Part shown: piece by piece, positions 38,746 through 50,065 of the stretch | Position numbering within the stretch: position 1 is the stretch's first letter | How the letters are laid out: each line of letters begins with the position of its first letter | Assembly (NCBI RefSeq): GCF_964194155.1 | Contig: NC_135889.1 | Coordinates: 58,342,001 to 58,406,000 of the forward strand | DNA from: Cetorhinus maximus | Lineage: Eukaryota | DNA: 64,000 bases | Direction of reading: 5' to 3' | Notes under the pieces: generated by a model | Seen by the model: only the letters and a program-made list of their open reading frames with translations | The model's database searches: none | What the model was told of the DNA's origin: nothing | Position numbers and translations under genes: made by a program

Positions 38746-39333
38746 CTGAAACTGCCATTTCACCACGATCTGCAATGTTGGTGAATAAAGTTTGGCACAA
38801 ATGTAAGCATTTAAAAGTCTGTCGCCATTGTTGAGCATCAACAGTCGAGAACAAGTGAAACGCTATTAAAGGGCATGTGGATAAAATGAACAGGGGTGGA
38901 GACCTAGTTAAGACTTCGCTTTAAAGTGACAATTTTAAAAATTCCTATCTCCTCATTTACAATGAAAACAAAAAATGTAAACTTGTCACGCCGTGATGAT
39001 CATTCCCCACCAATGGTGGCGCTGGTTGCGGAGCGGGCAGGAGGCTCTAATTCCAAGGTGGCAAGCTTGCATCGGCGGTTTCTATGATAAAGGCGGACAT
39101 AGGGATCTATAATGGGAAATTTGACAGGAACTGAGCATAGATATAAGATTTTGAATCTACACCCTTTAAATGTTATTTTTCCAATATCAGCCTATAAGGG
39201 TAGCTCTACAGCAAGTATGGTGTCTAATCGATTATCATGCTGATTATATTCCATAGGTTTCCGAAGCCTTAACGATTTCTGTTTCAATAGTGACCCTACA
39301 TACGATTATAATGAGGTAAACTTTAAACAAGAA

Positions 39334-39558
39334 AGCCATGGCACTATTCGAGCAGAGCAAGTCGTTCTCCTGCTGCCCTGGCCATCGTTCAACCAACACC
39401 ACCCACCACATGTAGATTAGCTGATCATTCATTCGTTTGCTGCTTGTAGGACAAATTAGCTATTGTTCTCCTACATAAAAATCATTGCATTTCAAACTGA
39501 ATTCAATGTCCGTGAAGAGGTTTTTTGGAAGTGACGAAACACTATATAAATGCAAGCT
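39334..39558 (+). mobile_element. Degenerate DeuSINE-like (SacSINE1/AmnSINE1-type core) relic
   Basis: ccatggcactattcga...gttctcctgctgccctggcca...tcaaccaacaccac...gattagctgatcatt...ctatataaatgcaag resembles the Deu domain and its 3' end. It is also similar to the copy at about 59290-59510. Confidence 0.55.
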
Positions 39559-41400
39559 TTTAAAATCAAATGTAATATTTACCAGTGTTTTTTTACATTC
39601 AGTTATGCACGTAAAAACGGTAACACCTGAGAAACATTCATTTGACGGACTCTAATTGTATAACTAATTACAGCAATTTCCCTTTAATTACTACGATGGT
39701 TGCTATACTTTGGGCCTATATAACAGATATCAGAATGTGGTGGTTGAAATTCAAACCAGACTTTTGTCCTTCTTGCGAGTTCAGAAATTTTGATAAGGCA
39801 ATCGCTCAGTATGCGTTTCGTCCTTCCAGCTTCCCTAATCATTGGGAATCCCTATTCAGGCACGTGACGACAACGTGCTTTTATCCCCTTTATCGGGGGA
39901 ATTTGTTGGACTGCTAGTGATGGCATGTTTATTTTTTGCCACCTGTGACTTTTGCTTTTGGTTGTTTATATTGACCGTGGACCAAAGACGGGAATTCGAT
40001 TTGTGCTTTCAAGTTCGAGAAACGCACCTTTGATGCCCTTTGCAACGAAACAATGCGGTCACTACAGTTGTAACTAGGCGCCGATAGGCCCGGAGTCAAC
40101 GGGAAGTCAATTTCTTTCCTCCTTAACACTTCACCCCAAGCCCTCGAGCTGATTCTAACTCTGAAGCGACAATAAATATATTGCCATTTCAACAGGCAAA
40201 TGCATTGGAAGGACATAGGGATCTATATATAGGGAGCATTGGGAACAAATCAGATATAAGCAGGTATTACACTCAGGAAAGTTCCTCAGATCTCAATATA
40301 TTGCACTTGAACAGTATGGGGCGGTTCGGCTGACCAATATTCCAGTTGCCTCTACAATAAAACAATGCGTTCTGTTCCATTATAGCTTCTTGTAGTATTT
40401 CACGAAGGGGTGGGAGTCACTTCATTCTTCTGAGCTAAATAATCCACAACAAAGTCACAGTATTGCGTTCCAGTGATCCTCGTAATGAAAGATCTGTTCA
40501 AATGTTCCATTTCTTTTAGAAAAGTGATGTGAGCTTATGGACAAATCAACAGGGAACTGTATAACTTTTGAACTGTGTAACTTTCAAAACTGCATACAAG
40601 AAGAGAATAGCAAATACGCAATCAGCCATTGAGGAAATGGTCTAGATGAATAGAAATCCGTTGTATTTCATAATCTAAATATTGTCATAAATGCTATTTT
40701 GTTGCTGCTTTACATCGACGCAGCATTGTCTCCAACTAACATATGTTGGCCTATTCCCAGCTATGCGTTTTAACTAATAACTGCAAATCAATAAGTTTTT
40801 GGATATAAAAGTAAGAACAATGTTGGAAAAGCAGACCTGAATTCAGTGTTACGGAAGGCGGGGCTTCGCAAAGTTGAGAAATTTATTCAAATATAACGCG
40901 TAATTATTTTGTACGATCAAAGGCATTCCAAATCATTCCAAATTTGAACAACTTTATTTATCATCCATGAAACAATTTCCTCTGCAATCTATACTATTGT
41001 TATAATCTTTAAACATTAAAATTAACGTTTAGAAAATCATTTATGTACCTAAGTATAATTAGCCATATCTAATGAATGATAGACAAGTAGTCATCATTTT
41101 AGTAACTCAAGCCGACATTTCCTATAAGAGCTAAATTTGGCTCATAGTATAAATATTTCTTGTTCGCCACCTTTAGTGGAATTTATAGCGTTTATAGCGT
41201 TTAGCACAAAGCATTAGATTTCACGCTAATGTTAGATAAAGTTTTTTGCACTCGTGCAGCTATAAAAGAGAAACATTGAAAGCAAAAAAACGCCTAATAA
41301 TCTATGTGGATGTATATTTGAAGAGAGGTGAGTTTTCCATTACGTATTAGAAAACGCGTTTTTGTAACTTTCATCTTCCCTTGAGGACAGGTATTATATT

Positions 41401-41490
41401 TCACAGTCCGGGGCAGTCTGGCTTTACCGATTGTTGTATACGGTGAAGTTTTTTCTCTTTCTGTCGCTGGTTTTGGAACCATATTTTCAC
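41401..41490 (-). CDS. hoxd14: HoxD14 exon 3 (homeodomain helix 3 and C-terminus)
   Basis: Acceptor tgtttttcag|GTG. Encodes VKIWFQNQRQKEKKLHRIQQSVKPDCPGL*; WFQNQR is characteristic of PG14. This exon is not shown in this frame in the ORF track. Confidence 0.93.
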   Translation of the reverse strand: MKIWFQNQRQKEKKLHRIQQSVKPDCPGL

Positions 41491-41656
41491 CTGAAAAACA
41501 GACAGGTAATTTTTTTAAAATAGGGGTGGCTAATAATAAACTGTTTAGTGCTCCGTGGGAAAAACTGCGTCCACCTGTTGACCATTAAGAGGCACAATGT
41601 TGCCAGACAGGCATTTCACCCTTTGTTCTGTAGAAACCGGAAGGAGGTTATCTTAC

Positions 41657-41838
41657 CTGCCTTTCTGTTAACCCTAACTTGAACGAAATGTTTAAGCGGA
41701 CTTCAGGAGTGAGGAATCGATTGTTTTCAAAAGCCATTTCCAGTTCAGCGATTTGCTGTTTGCTGTAAGGGATTCGTTTTTTCCTTTGCCTGTGTGTCGG
41801 GTTTTGAGACGCTGACCACTGCGATGTAAACCCCAAAG
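41657..41838 (-). CDS. hoxd14: HoxD14 exon 2 (homeodomain residues 1-44)
   Basis: Acceptor gttcctccag|CT. Encodes [61 protein letters not shown], with donor CAG|GTAAGA. Confidence 0.93.
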
Positions 41839-42583
41839 CTGGAGGAACACACATATCCATCAATATGTTGAATTACCACGAACACAATAACTGACATTCA
41901 CAGCAACGTGTGTTTTCAACCTACTTCATGTATACATAAACCCCAAGCGAACTAGACATCCAGTAGTTTCGTTCACCATCGCTTATTTTAATTGATGTTA
42001 GTTAATTTACCCTCAAATAATCAACATTGTTCATTGACGAGAATTAACATCAAACGTATTCGTAATTATTTACAAATTTGGGTCCCCATTCCCACTTATT
42101 TGAATGCATAATTCACTTTTTTCCAAAGTAAATAATTTTCATCATTGGATATACTTTTGTTGCATGTGTATATCTTATGTACGAAGCGCATATTCTGATT
42201 TCACCTCTGAAATGTTTCCTTGAAAAATAAAGATGAAGCAAATTGAATTAAAATGGGCTAACAATCATCGAGCGCTTCCTTTGTATACTCCTCGTGTTGA
42301 ATGCACGTCCTAAGAATCATGACCGTCATTAGGGAGAGGTAACTATTTTAGCTCTCCTAAAATTTAACGGACATATTTTTTTCGAAGATGACATTTAAAA
42401 ATAAAATGCGCATTTATCCACAGTCAGTGCAAAATACCCACAGTAGACAATGAAGTACAAATCACCTGGGCGTTGCTAAAATGCACGGAAATACAAACCT
42501 TGCCCTTTGAACATACATTATCTTAACCTATTTAATACTGAAAGACAGGTATAGAGCATATGAGAATGTATTGTCAAACTGAC

Positions 42584-43112
42584 CTAAATGCCTTGGGACA
42601 CCGGCCATTGCAGTGTTGAATGCTCCTTCTGAAAACGGTGCTCCGCAGTACTGAGAATGGCTAAAAGCAGGCATGCTCTGATTGCTGGGGTCTGTGTGGG
42701 TCTGGACAGGTGCAGCCCGGGGATATTCTAAAGGCCAATGTTGATAAATTGGGGAGTTTGTAGGGTATTCACCTCTGGTGCACAGGTTGTGCCGGTAGCT
42801 AGTAAACGAAGATATATGACAGTCATTTCGAAGCTGGTTTGTAAGGAATTGCCCTGCCTCAGGTGACACAGCAACTATCTCCTGATCTGAGCTTCCTAGC
42901 GATCCACAAGTCGAATTGTCTTCGGAGTACAAACCGTGGCACTTTCCACTCGAAGTCGTTTTCAAAGGCGTCGGAGCCAGAGCAGAAGAAATTCCAAAGT
43001 TAGTGGAAAGTGCAGGTACCATTTCCATAGGCCGCACTTCATCTTGCAGTATTCCTGTTTTATCGCTAGATGTCTCTAACGTCAGTTTGTACTGCAGGGA
43101 AGTCGAATCCAT
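42584..43112 (-). CDS. hoxd14: HoxD14 exon 1
   Basis: ORF MDSTSLQYKL...AMAGVPRHL with a strong phase-1 donor TTAG|GTCAGT at 42584/42583, compatible with the exon 2 acceptor. The total is 801 nt and 266 aa with no internal stop. Confidence 0.8.
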
Positions 43113-45709
43113 CCGAAAACTGCACTAAATGATTGCGTTCAGTCCAGTCACTTGCAAATATAATCTCCTTGATATTTTTCTGTCGTTACTTGCCAGCGTA
43201 AATTTCTCTTTGTTCCCTATGTTGAGAATGATATGCGTGATAGGCACTGAGCAAATACTTTAACTTCCACCTCCCAGAAATGGGACTAAGCTATCCATTA
43301 AGCGCACAAACTACACCCTGGTCCAAACTACCTGATCCTTTTATTGCCTTAACTCTACTACAGTCGGTAAATAAAACAGTGTGGACTCTTTGCAAATTAA
43401 ACTTTGTGAGCAAACGTCAAGGACAGGGTTGCTTTACAGAATGACACATGTGTGCCGCAGTTCTTGTACTGTTGACTCAAGGTCAATGTTGAGTTTTGTG
43501 ATCATTTTGTGTCAGCTTATTCTTTCGGTTTTTCTTTGTCCGACTTTCTCTCGATGATCTCGGGTTTGATTGCAGGGCACCTAGGCTTGTAAACGCGTAT
43601 TTTTTTTCTCTGAACTCAAGCAGTAGAATAGAACAATCATTTAGTAGAACCGTGAGCTGTAATCTGAAGTAAACCTCTTTCGTGACATTGCAACTTGCGT
43701 CAGACAAAAAGCATTTAAGGACATTTTATTGCCTGCTATAACCCTTAACGCTCTAGAATTACACCTCGAGGTACCTGCATTAGACGATCGAACAAATATT
43801 TAGTCTATTGTCGTAAACCTTCTTTGAGTCAGTTAAAGCGACCTGCCGCTGTGCACAGAACGTGGAGCAATCTACTTATCATTTTTAACTAGCTTTGTTG
43901 ACTTATTAAAACTTTCCCTTCACACAGTGCTAAAGATAATTAAAATGTAAATGACGGAGATCATGGATTTTGATATCATGCAACCCATTTTCCAAGCGAA
44001 TGTTCTTGCGATATATTTTCTTTGTATTGTGTTTACCACTCTTGCCAATTTCATTAATCAGTATTATGCCAATGTCAACGAGAATTGACATAACCCGGCA
44101 ATCTGTCGCCAGTTAACCATCAACTAGAGATAAAAAAAGATTTTGTATTCAGTACTCAAATTGAATTTCAGCAGACTACAGGTTATGAGATAGGTCTTAT
44201 GAAAATATTAAATTCAGTCTCTATTTTTGTCTCATCATTTGCCCTTGGTAAGAATGAAGATATCAAGACATGCGTATATACTTGGTTTGACAATGGCACA
44301 AGAAGTCAATTGCTAGTTAGCTAGCCAACTGTTGCCATCCATGAAATAGGAATACAAAACTCCAGAGGTCAGTTTTATTCAGAAAATAAATACAAATAAT
44401 GCATACATTTATTTGTCCCTTATAGCAAAATTTTCAAAATAAATGATCAACAAAAAAGCCAACTCATATGAACAGTAGAGTTTCACTTTTAATTTAGTTT
44501 CTAAAGTGGTAAAGTATTTTCAAAAACCGCTGGCTCTAAGAGAAATGAACTTTTTGGGGCCACGATATAAGTAATTTGACTGTTAAAATCAAAGCAAACA
44601 GATGAGGGCGCCAGAGGACAGATATTTCGAGCAAGTGCATTTAATCCAGAGTCCATTCATCTTTGTTTATCTAACAACTCCACTCAAAGATTACTGCAAA
44701 GCTTCACAATTAATTCGTCGTAACATTCATTCATTTTGATTGGCGGACTGCAGATAATATTATCAAACAAGGTTCAAAATAAAGCATGAATAACAACAGA
44801 GCATCAATCTCTCAAAAATGCTTGTTTGCAGGAATGTTGTACTGTACTTCGTACCATCAATACGAGCTTTTTTTTGTTTTTAAGGTAACGGTCCGAACAT
44901 ACGAGCTGCTTCGAGAATGTGAAATGTTATTATGTTTGCTACCCATAAGACATATTTGCTAACTTGTGGTCATACCATTTCCGCCATTGGAAAAATGTTT
45001 ATCGCCTACTCCGGCAATTCAAACGCGCTATTTATAATCTCTTTCAACTTGTATTAATTTTTTTTTATTAGAAAACAATAACATAAAAATGGTGTCTCCA
45101 GCACTTTACAGAAGCCGCTGTTGTTGCACGAGACCCTTGGGAAGAAAACAGAATTTTCACCATGCAACTTTCAATATCATCTTTTAATGCATTTTTTTAA
45201 CCATAATTAGCATTAGTCGCTTATGCCTCCCCATAAATCGTAGCAATATTATTGCCATTTTCCATTGCCATTGTTTTCGACATTTATTGTCCGGTGATGT
45301 TTTGCCTAAATGCAGAAATTAGCGTAAATGCTGACTACAAGGGGTATGAATATGAAAATTTATTGCAGGTTATAAATTAGGAGAAAATACTGGGAATATA
45401 TATGGAGATATATATGACAGGGCGTTGCTGTTTTCATTCTATGGCATAGGGGACACAGTACTAATTAACACATTTAGCAGCAATGATATAGGTTTCGTTT
45501 ATGCATTATTTAATATTAATTATGCATCTCGGACGCTTTTGCTACATTGTCATTTCCCATAAGAGGATCTTGATAGAAACTGTTCTCTGATAGTCACACC
45601 GAAGATCAGTTATGCTTTAAATTAATATTTCACGCGTGTACTTCGCAACTTAGGTCATGGCTTTCGCTTTTCGTCGGTAAACATTGATTTCGGAAACCAA
45701 AGTAACTAC

Positions 45710-45785
45710 GGCGATGATGACAACAACCACAAATTCATCATCATTATCATCATCGCTATCAGCGTCATCATTACTACCACTATTA
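45710..45785. repeat. Degenerate trinucleotide (ATC/GAT/ACA) low-complexity tract
   Basis: gatgatgacaacaaccac...tcatcatcattatcatcatcgctatcagcgtcatcattactaccact seen directly. Confidence 0.65.
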
Positions 45786-47369
45786 ACACCGAGAGTAGCT
45801 GGTCCACACAGATTCTCCATCTTCCAAATCCTCTCTGGAATATTAAACTTCCAGCCGCAAATGTTGCTTAGCCTTCCCTTATACCTGCCCATAAATTGGT
45901 AATAGCTACAGGTAATGAATTAACCTTCAGTACTCTCTTGTTTTGAGCTAGACCTTTGTCGTGCGGAGTTCAAATTGAGGCTAAAATAAACCTTACCAAA
46001 TTAATTTGAAGAATATACGCCAATGGTTTAGTTTCGAAGGAAAACAGAATAGAGAAAAAGGGTTTTCTAAATAACTTTTGAAGGCAGCATCCTTCGTTAA
46101 TACCCCGCACAGCATAAACACAAATAGGATATTTTACGTGAAATTAAAACGATCATGTAAATGCGTAACGGACTTGGGCAGAGTTGGAGAAAGAGGTAGA
46201 TGCGCACTCACACAATTGAACAGCCTCAAAACCATACGAAGTTATTATCTACAACCAAACACGATCCTGTAAACGACATCACTCAATTGGTGAAAAAGTT
46301 TCAAAAATTTTAAAAGCAAATGAAACTTTATTCAAATATGCAACATATATCAGCGAAGAGGGCATTGTCCTTGATTATATTTCTTACCATGTACCAGTCA
46401 AAAATACATTTCAGGGTTTAAACGTCTGAAATATTCAGTATAACAAACGAATGCAGCCTATACTAAAGAAACTTCATACATGTTATCCGAATATGTGCAG
46501 ATTAAACAAACGTGAAAGATAGAGAAAAGCAGCAATTAAAACTGGACACGCTAGTTATCTGCATTGGTGTATGTAAATAGAGATAAAATAAGCAATACAA
46601 GAAGAGAGGCTGAGGGAGAAAGACAGCAGACGGAGAACACAAATAAGGAAAGGGAAAGTCGGAATAATAAAGTGTGATTGCAAGAAATCCGACTTCACAT
46701 TGTCAACAAAACACATGATGGCGTTTCCAACCCAACTGGCTAAATACAGCAAATATAATCATCTGAACTGAAGGAACAAAACGTTAAACTTGGTGCTTCT
46801 ATTTACCTACAATGCTCGCCCACGTTCAACCAAAAGTGTGATGAGAAAGATGCTATTATCAGAACCCGATAAGAACAGCAAAGCAAAATCAGAAGATAAT
46901 GATCTGGCTAAATGTACAGGGAAATGCTGTAATGTTCATTTTATTAATCAGACTGTCAATTTCACCCCAGAGGCCAAAACCCAGAGCATCCGGGCATACG
47001 ATCATCGGTTGAGGACAGGGGCTGTCCTCAGATTCTTCTCTACCTGGATGTATTCGCCTGTCGCTAGGCCGCCTTCATCATCCACTGACAGACGCTTGTA
47101 TTTATTTGCTTATAAACCTGTTACAATAAATGATTATTCGAACAGCGTCATTCGTACCTTAATGACGAGCACTGTTTGATGAATGACACATCGGCAGAAA
47201 GGAAGCACGGGTCATTTTGACCAGTCGTTCCCTCGCATTGACATAACACTTTTTCTTTGCACCAAAAAGATACATTTCGAGCCCACTTGCGGGGCTGGAT
47301 GTGAATTGGCCACAGCTGCAAGATCATCATTAGTGTAGTATCAGACTGCAACCTGCTCTCTGCTTCGGG

Positions 47370-47793
47370 ATGGAAAGGATAAGAAAAGAAATAATTCTGA
47401 TGGAACGGGGGCTGCATAGTCCTGCTGGCAAAAAGGTTTCGAATTTGTCAGACTCAGCTGGAAATGCGGTGGAGGAGGCCCTTGAAAATTCTCATCACAG
47501 TGGTCGGCTCAGCCCCAGACCAACTTCCGCCTCCCTCCACAACACTGTTGGGGACACCCCAACAAACGGCAAATTTGAGATAGACAATTTATTCCATCAT
47601 CAACATTCGAGCGACAGCACGTCCTCGTCTGAAATTTCCTCTTCGGAAACCAGGAAAAAATTCTCCCTTTACTCAGAACTTGCTAGTCGGGAGAAAGAAG
47701 CAGATATGAACAGTGATGTTGATGTGGGTTGTTCGACACTCCGCTCTCCAGCCGGCGTCAGTACAACGCAGCTGAAAGAAAATGGAAACAAAG
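47370..47793 (+). CDS. evx2: Evx2 exon 1
   Basis: [34 protein letters not shown]... matches the EVX2 N-terminus. Phase-1 donor AAAG|GTAAAC. Confidence 0.95.
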
Positions 47794-48864
47794 GTAAACA
47801 TTTATTTGTTAAACGTTTCTTGGAAATTAAGCTGCTTACACCTGCAAAAAGTCTAATGAATGTATAGGGTGGGGGGGAGGGAAACGTCATTTTGAAGAAG
47901 GTTCTGTTGTGGTTCATCAAAGATTGGGAATGTATTTCCATTGATGGTCCTGACAATGCAGAAAACAAAGCTGATACACTGAGTGTAAATAAAGTGTAAT
48001 AAAAAAGAGTGCAGTTTTCAGAATAATCCTCTTTATTACTGGTAAGTATTTTATTTTCCAATAAAGTACCACAAGCCGGTAAAACGTACATTTGCCTTTG
48101 AAAGTTATATTGCCAGACACATTAGGATTGAAACAATAACAGCGATATTAACATTGAAGGCGTTGACATTGGTAAGAAAAGTATTTTACTTAATAAATAA
48201 TTGTGCAAAAAAAATCACATCTTCAAATTGCGAGAAACCTTTATTTTTACGCCAACAATATTTCCTTTAAGGAACGCATCAGTAGAAGTATTATTTTCTT
48301 GACAATATACTGAGAGCATTCGTTTGTATCATTATCGAAATTGTACGGCATGAAATTAAAGGCTTAAATATTAACTATATAATAAATAAAATTGCATTTG
48401 TCTTTGTTTTATGTTGAAACCGACATAATTTCAGAGGGTTTTCAAACGGAGCATTTATCTTGTCCTTAACAAAAGATTTTGGTACAAAAATAAACTTCCC
48501 AGTTCAGTGCTGCGTTTTGCCTGTGGTTCAAAATATTGATAAGTAAAGTATTTAAGAATGCCAATGGCTCTGTAGATAAAGCAAAATGAGTAAGAAGTGC
48601 CTGGAGGTTATTCATTTCGTTTGAATTCAGATGCCTAATGGATGAATAGCTCAGAACCTTTATCTATACATAATTACCGAAACTTACCACAAATTAACTA
48701 CATATATTTGGTTATGCAGAGACTCATAGAACTTTATTGACTCTAATAACAGTCCCCATTTGTAATAATGACAGCCAGCATTAATTATGTGGCATCAAAG
48801 TTCCGTTATTAATTTGCACTCATGGTTTACCGATCTTAAACGTATTTGTTTCTTTTCTTCCCAG

Positions 48865-49112
48865 TGTATTCTGACAATGGCAATTCAACTAATACTTCGT
48901 CGAATGGGTCCAATATTACGAATCTGAACGGCAACTCCAGTTCAATAGGCAACTCGGGTTCTGGTCCTGACCAGGTGAGACGGTATCGAACAGCGTTCAC
49001 CCGAGAACAAATCGGTAGGCTAGAGAAGGAGTTTTACAGAGAAAACTATGTATCCAGACCCAGGCGATGTGAACTGGCGGCCGCTTTAAACCTACCCGAA
49101 ACTACTATCAAG
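48865..49112 (+). CDS. evx2: Evx2 exon 2 (most of the homeodomain)
   Basis: Acceptor ttcttcccag|TG. Encodes ...[48 protein letters not shown], with donor AAG|GTGCAT. Confidence 0.96.
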
Positions 49113-49462
49113 GTGCATACTGTTTAACTCGTGTCTTATATCCACTTTTGTACAAATATATTGTGCTTTTTGATTTAATGTACGTGTATTAAAGTATTAC
49201 AATGATAAAATGTAATGTTTCGGATCCATTATTATTTCGATTAATTGGTGTAAACGTCAATTATTGATGCAGACTGGACAACCTTTTGAAGAGGTGTAGA
49301 TATACGCTTAGCATTTCATAAATGATAAGGTATTGTTTTAATTCCACTAACAACACTACTTGCAAAGCATTTATTTCTAATTGAGGTGTGCAGTTTGCTG
49401 GAGTGAATAGAAACAAATGGGCTGCAATGTGTTGACGCTGTGCATTTTCTTTCTTGCTCCAG

Positions 49463-50065
49463 GTTTGGTTTCAGAACCGGCGGATGAAAGATAAAAGGCA
49501 GCGACTAGCCATGTCATGGCCCCACCCGGCTGACCCAAGTTTTTACACCTACATGATGACCCACGCTGCGGCCACTGGAAGCTTGCCTTACCCTTTCCAC
49601 TCACACGTTCCCCTGCACTACTACCCCCACGTTGGCGTCACAGCTGCTGCAGCAGCCGCTGCCGCCACAGGTGCCACGCCCTTCCCCACCTCCATCCGCC
49701 CGCTCGACACCTTCCGCGCCCTCTCCCACCCTTACTCGCGGCCCGAGCTGCTCTGTAGCTTCCGCCACCCGGGCCTCTACCAGTCCCCCCACGGGCTCAA
49801 CAGCAGCGCGGCCACGGCGGCGGCTGCGGCCGCGGCAGCTGCGGCCGCCTCGACGCCAGCCGGCGCCGCTCCCTGCTCCTGCCTCAGTTGCCACAGCAAC
49901 CAGAGCGGCGCGCTGGGGCCCAGGAGCGCGAGCTCCGACTTCACGTGCACCGCGACTGCGCAGAGGTCTGAGAGCAGCTTTCTTCCGTACTCGGCCGCAG
50001 TGCTCAGCAAATCAGCGGCGGTGTCACCGCCTGACCAGCGGGAGGAGTCCTCCCTTACCAGATAA
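49463..50065 (+). CDS. evx2: Evx2 exon 3
   Basis: Acceptor tgctccag|GTT. Encodes [48 protein letters not shown]...PCSCLSCH...[13 protein letters not shown], with poly-Ala tracts of 8 and 11 residues. The spliced product is 424 aa. Confidence 0.96.
   Translation, partial: VWFQNRRMKDKRQRLAMSWPHPADPSFYTYMMTHAAATGSLPYPFHSHVPLHYYPHVGVTAAAAAAAATGATPFPTSIRPLDTFRALSHPYSRPELLCSFRHPGLYQSPHGLNSSAATAAAAAAAAAAASTPAGAAPCSCLSCHSNQSGALGPRSASSDFTCTATAQRSESSFLPYSAAVLSKSAAVSPPDQREESSLTR

Noticed and set aside
37130-38765. Target-site duplication around the CR1 LINE
   Set aside because: TGCCATT occurs on both sides but not directly abutting the element ends, so it is not convincing.
42528-42583. HoxD14 as a pseudogene because the exon 1 ORF ends in TAG just before an AG|GTTAAG donor-like site
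   Set aside because: A better in-frame phase-1 donor (TTAG|GTCAGT) exists at 42584, upstream of the stop.
16179-44615. Additional CTCF-like strings (about 16180, 20550, 39007, 41163, 44600)
   Set aside because: Only partial matches to the core consensus; they cannot be supported without a PWM scan or ChIP data.
45650-45902. Acidic / Ser-Thr-rich ORFs on both strands
   Set aside because: Products of a degenerate trinucleotide tract, with no splice or homology support.
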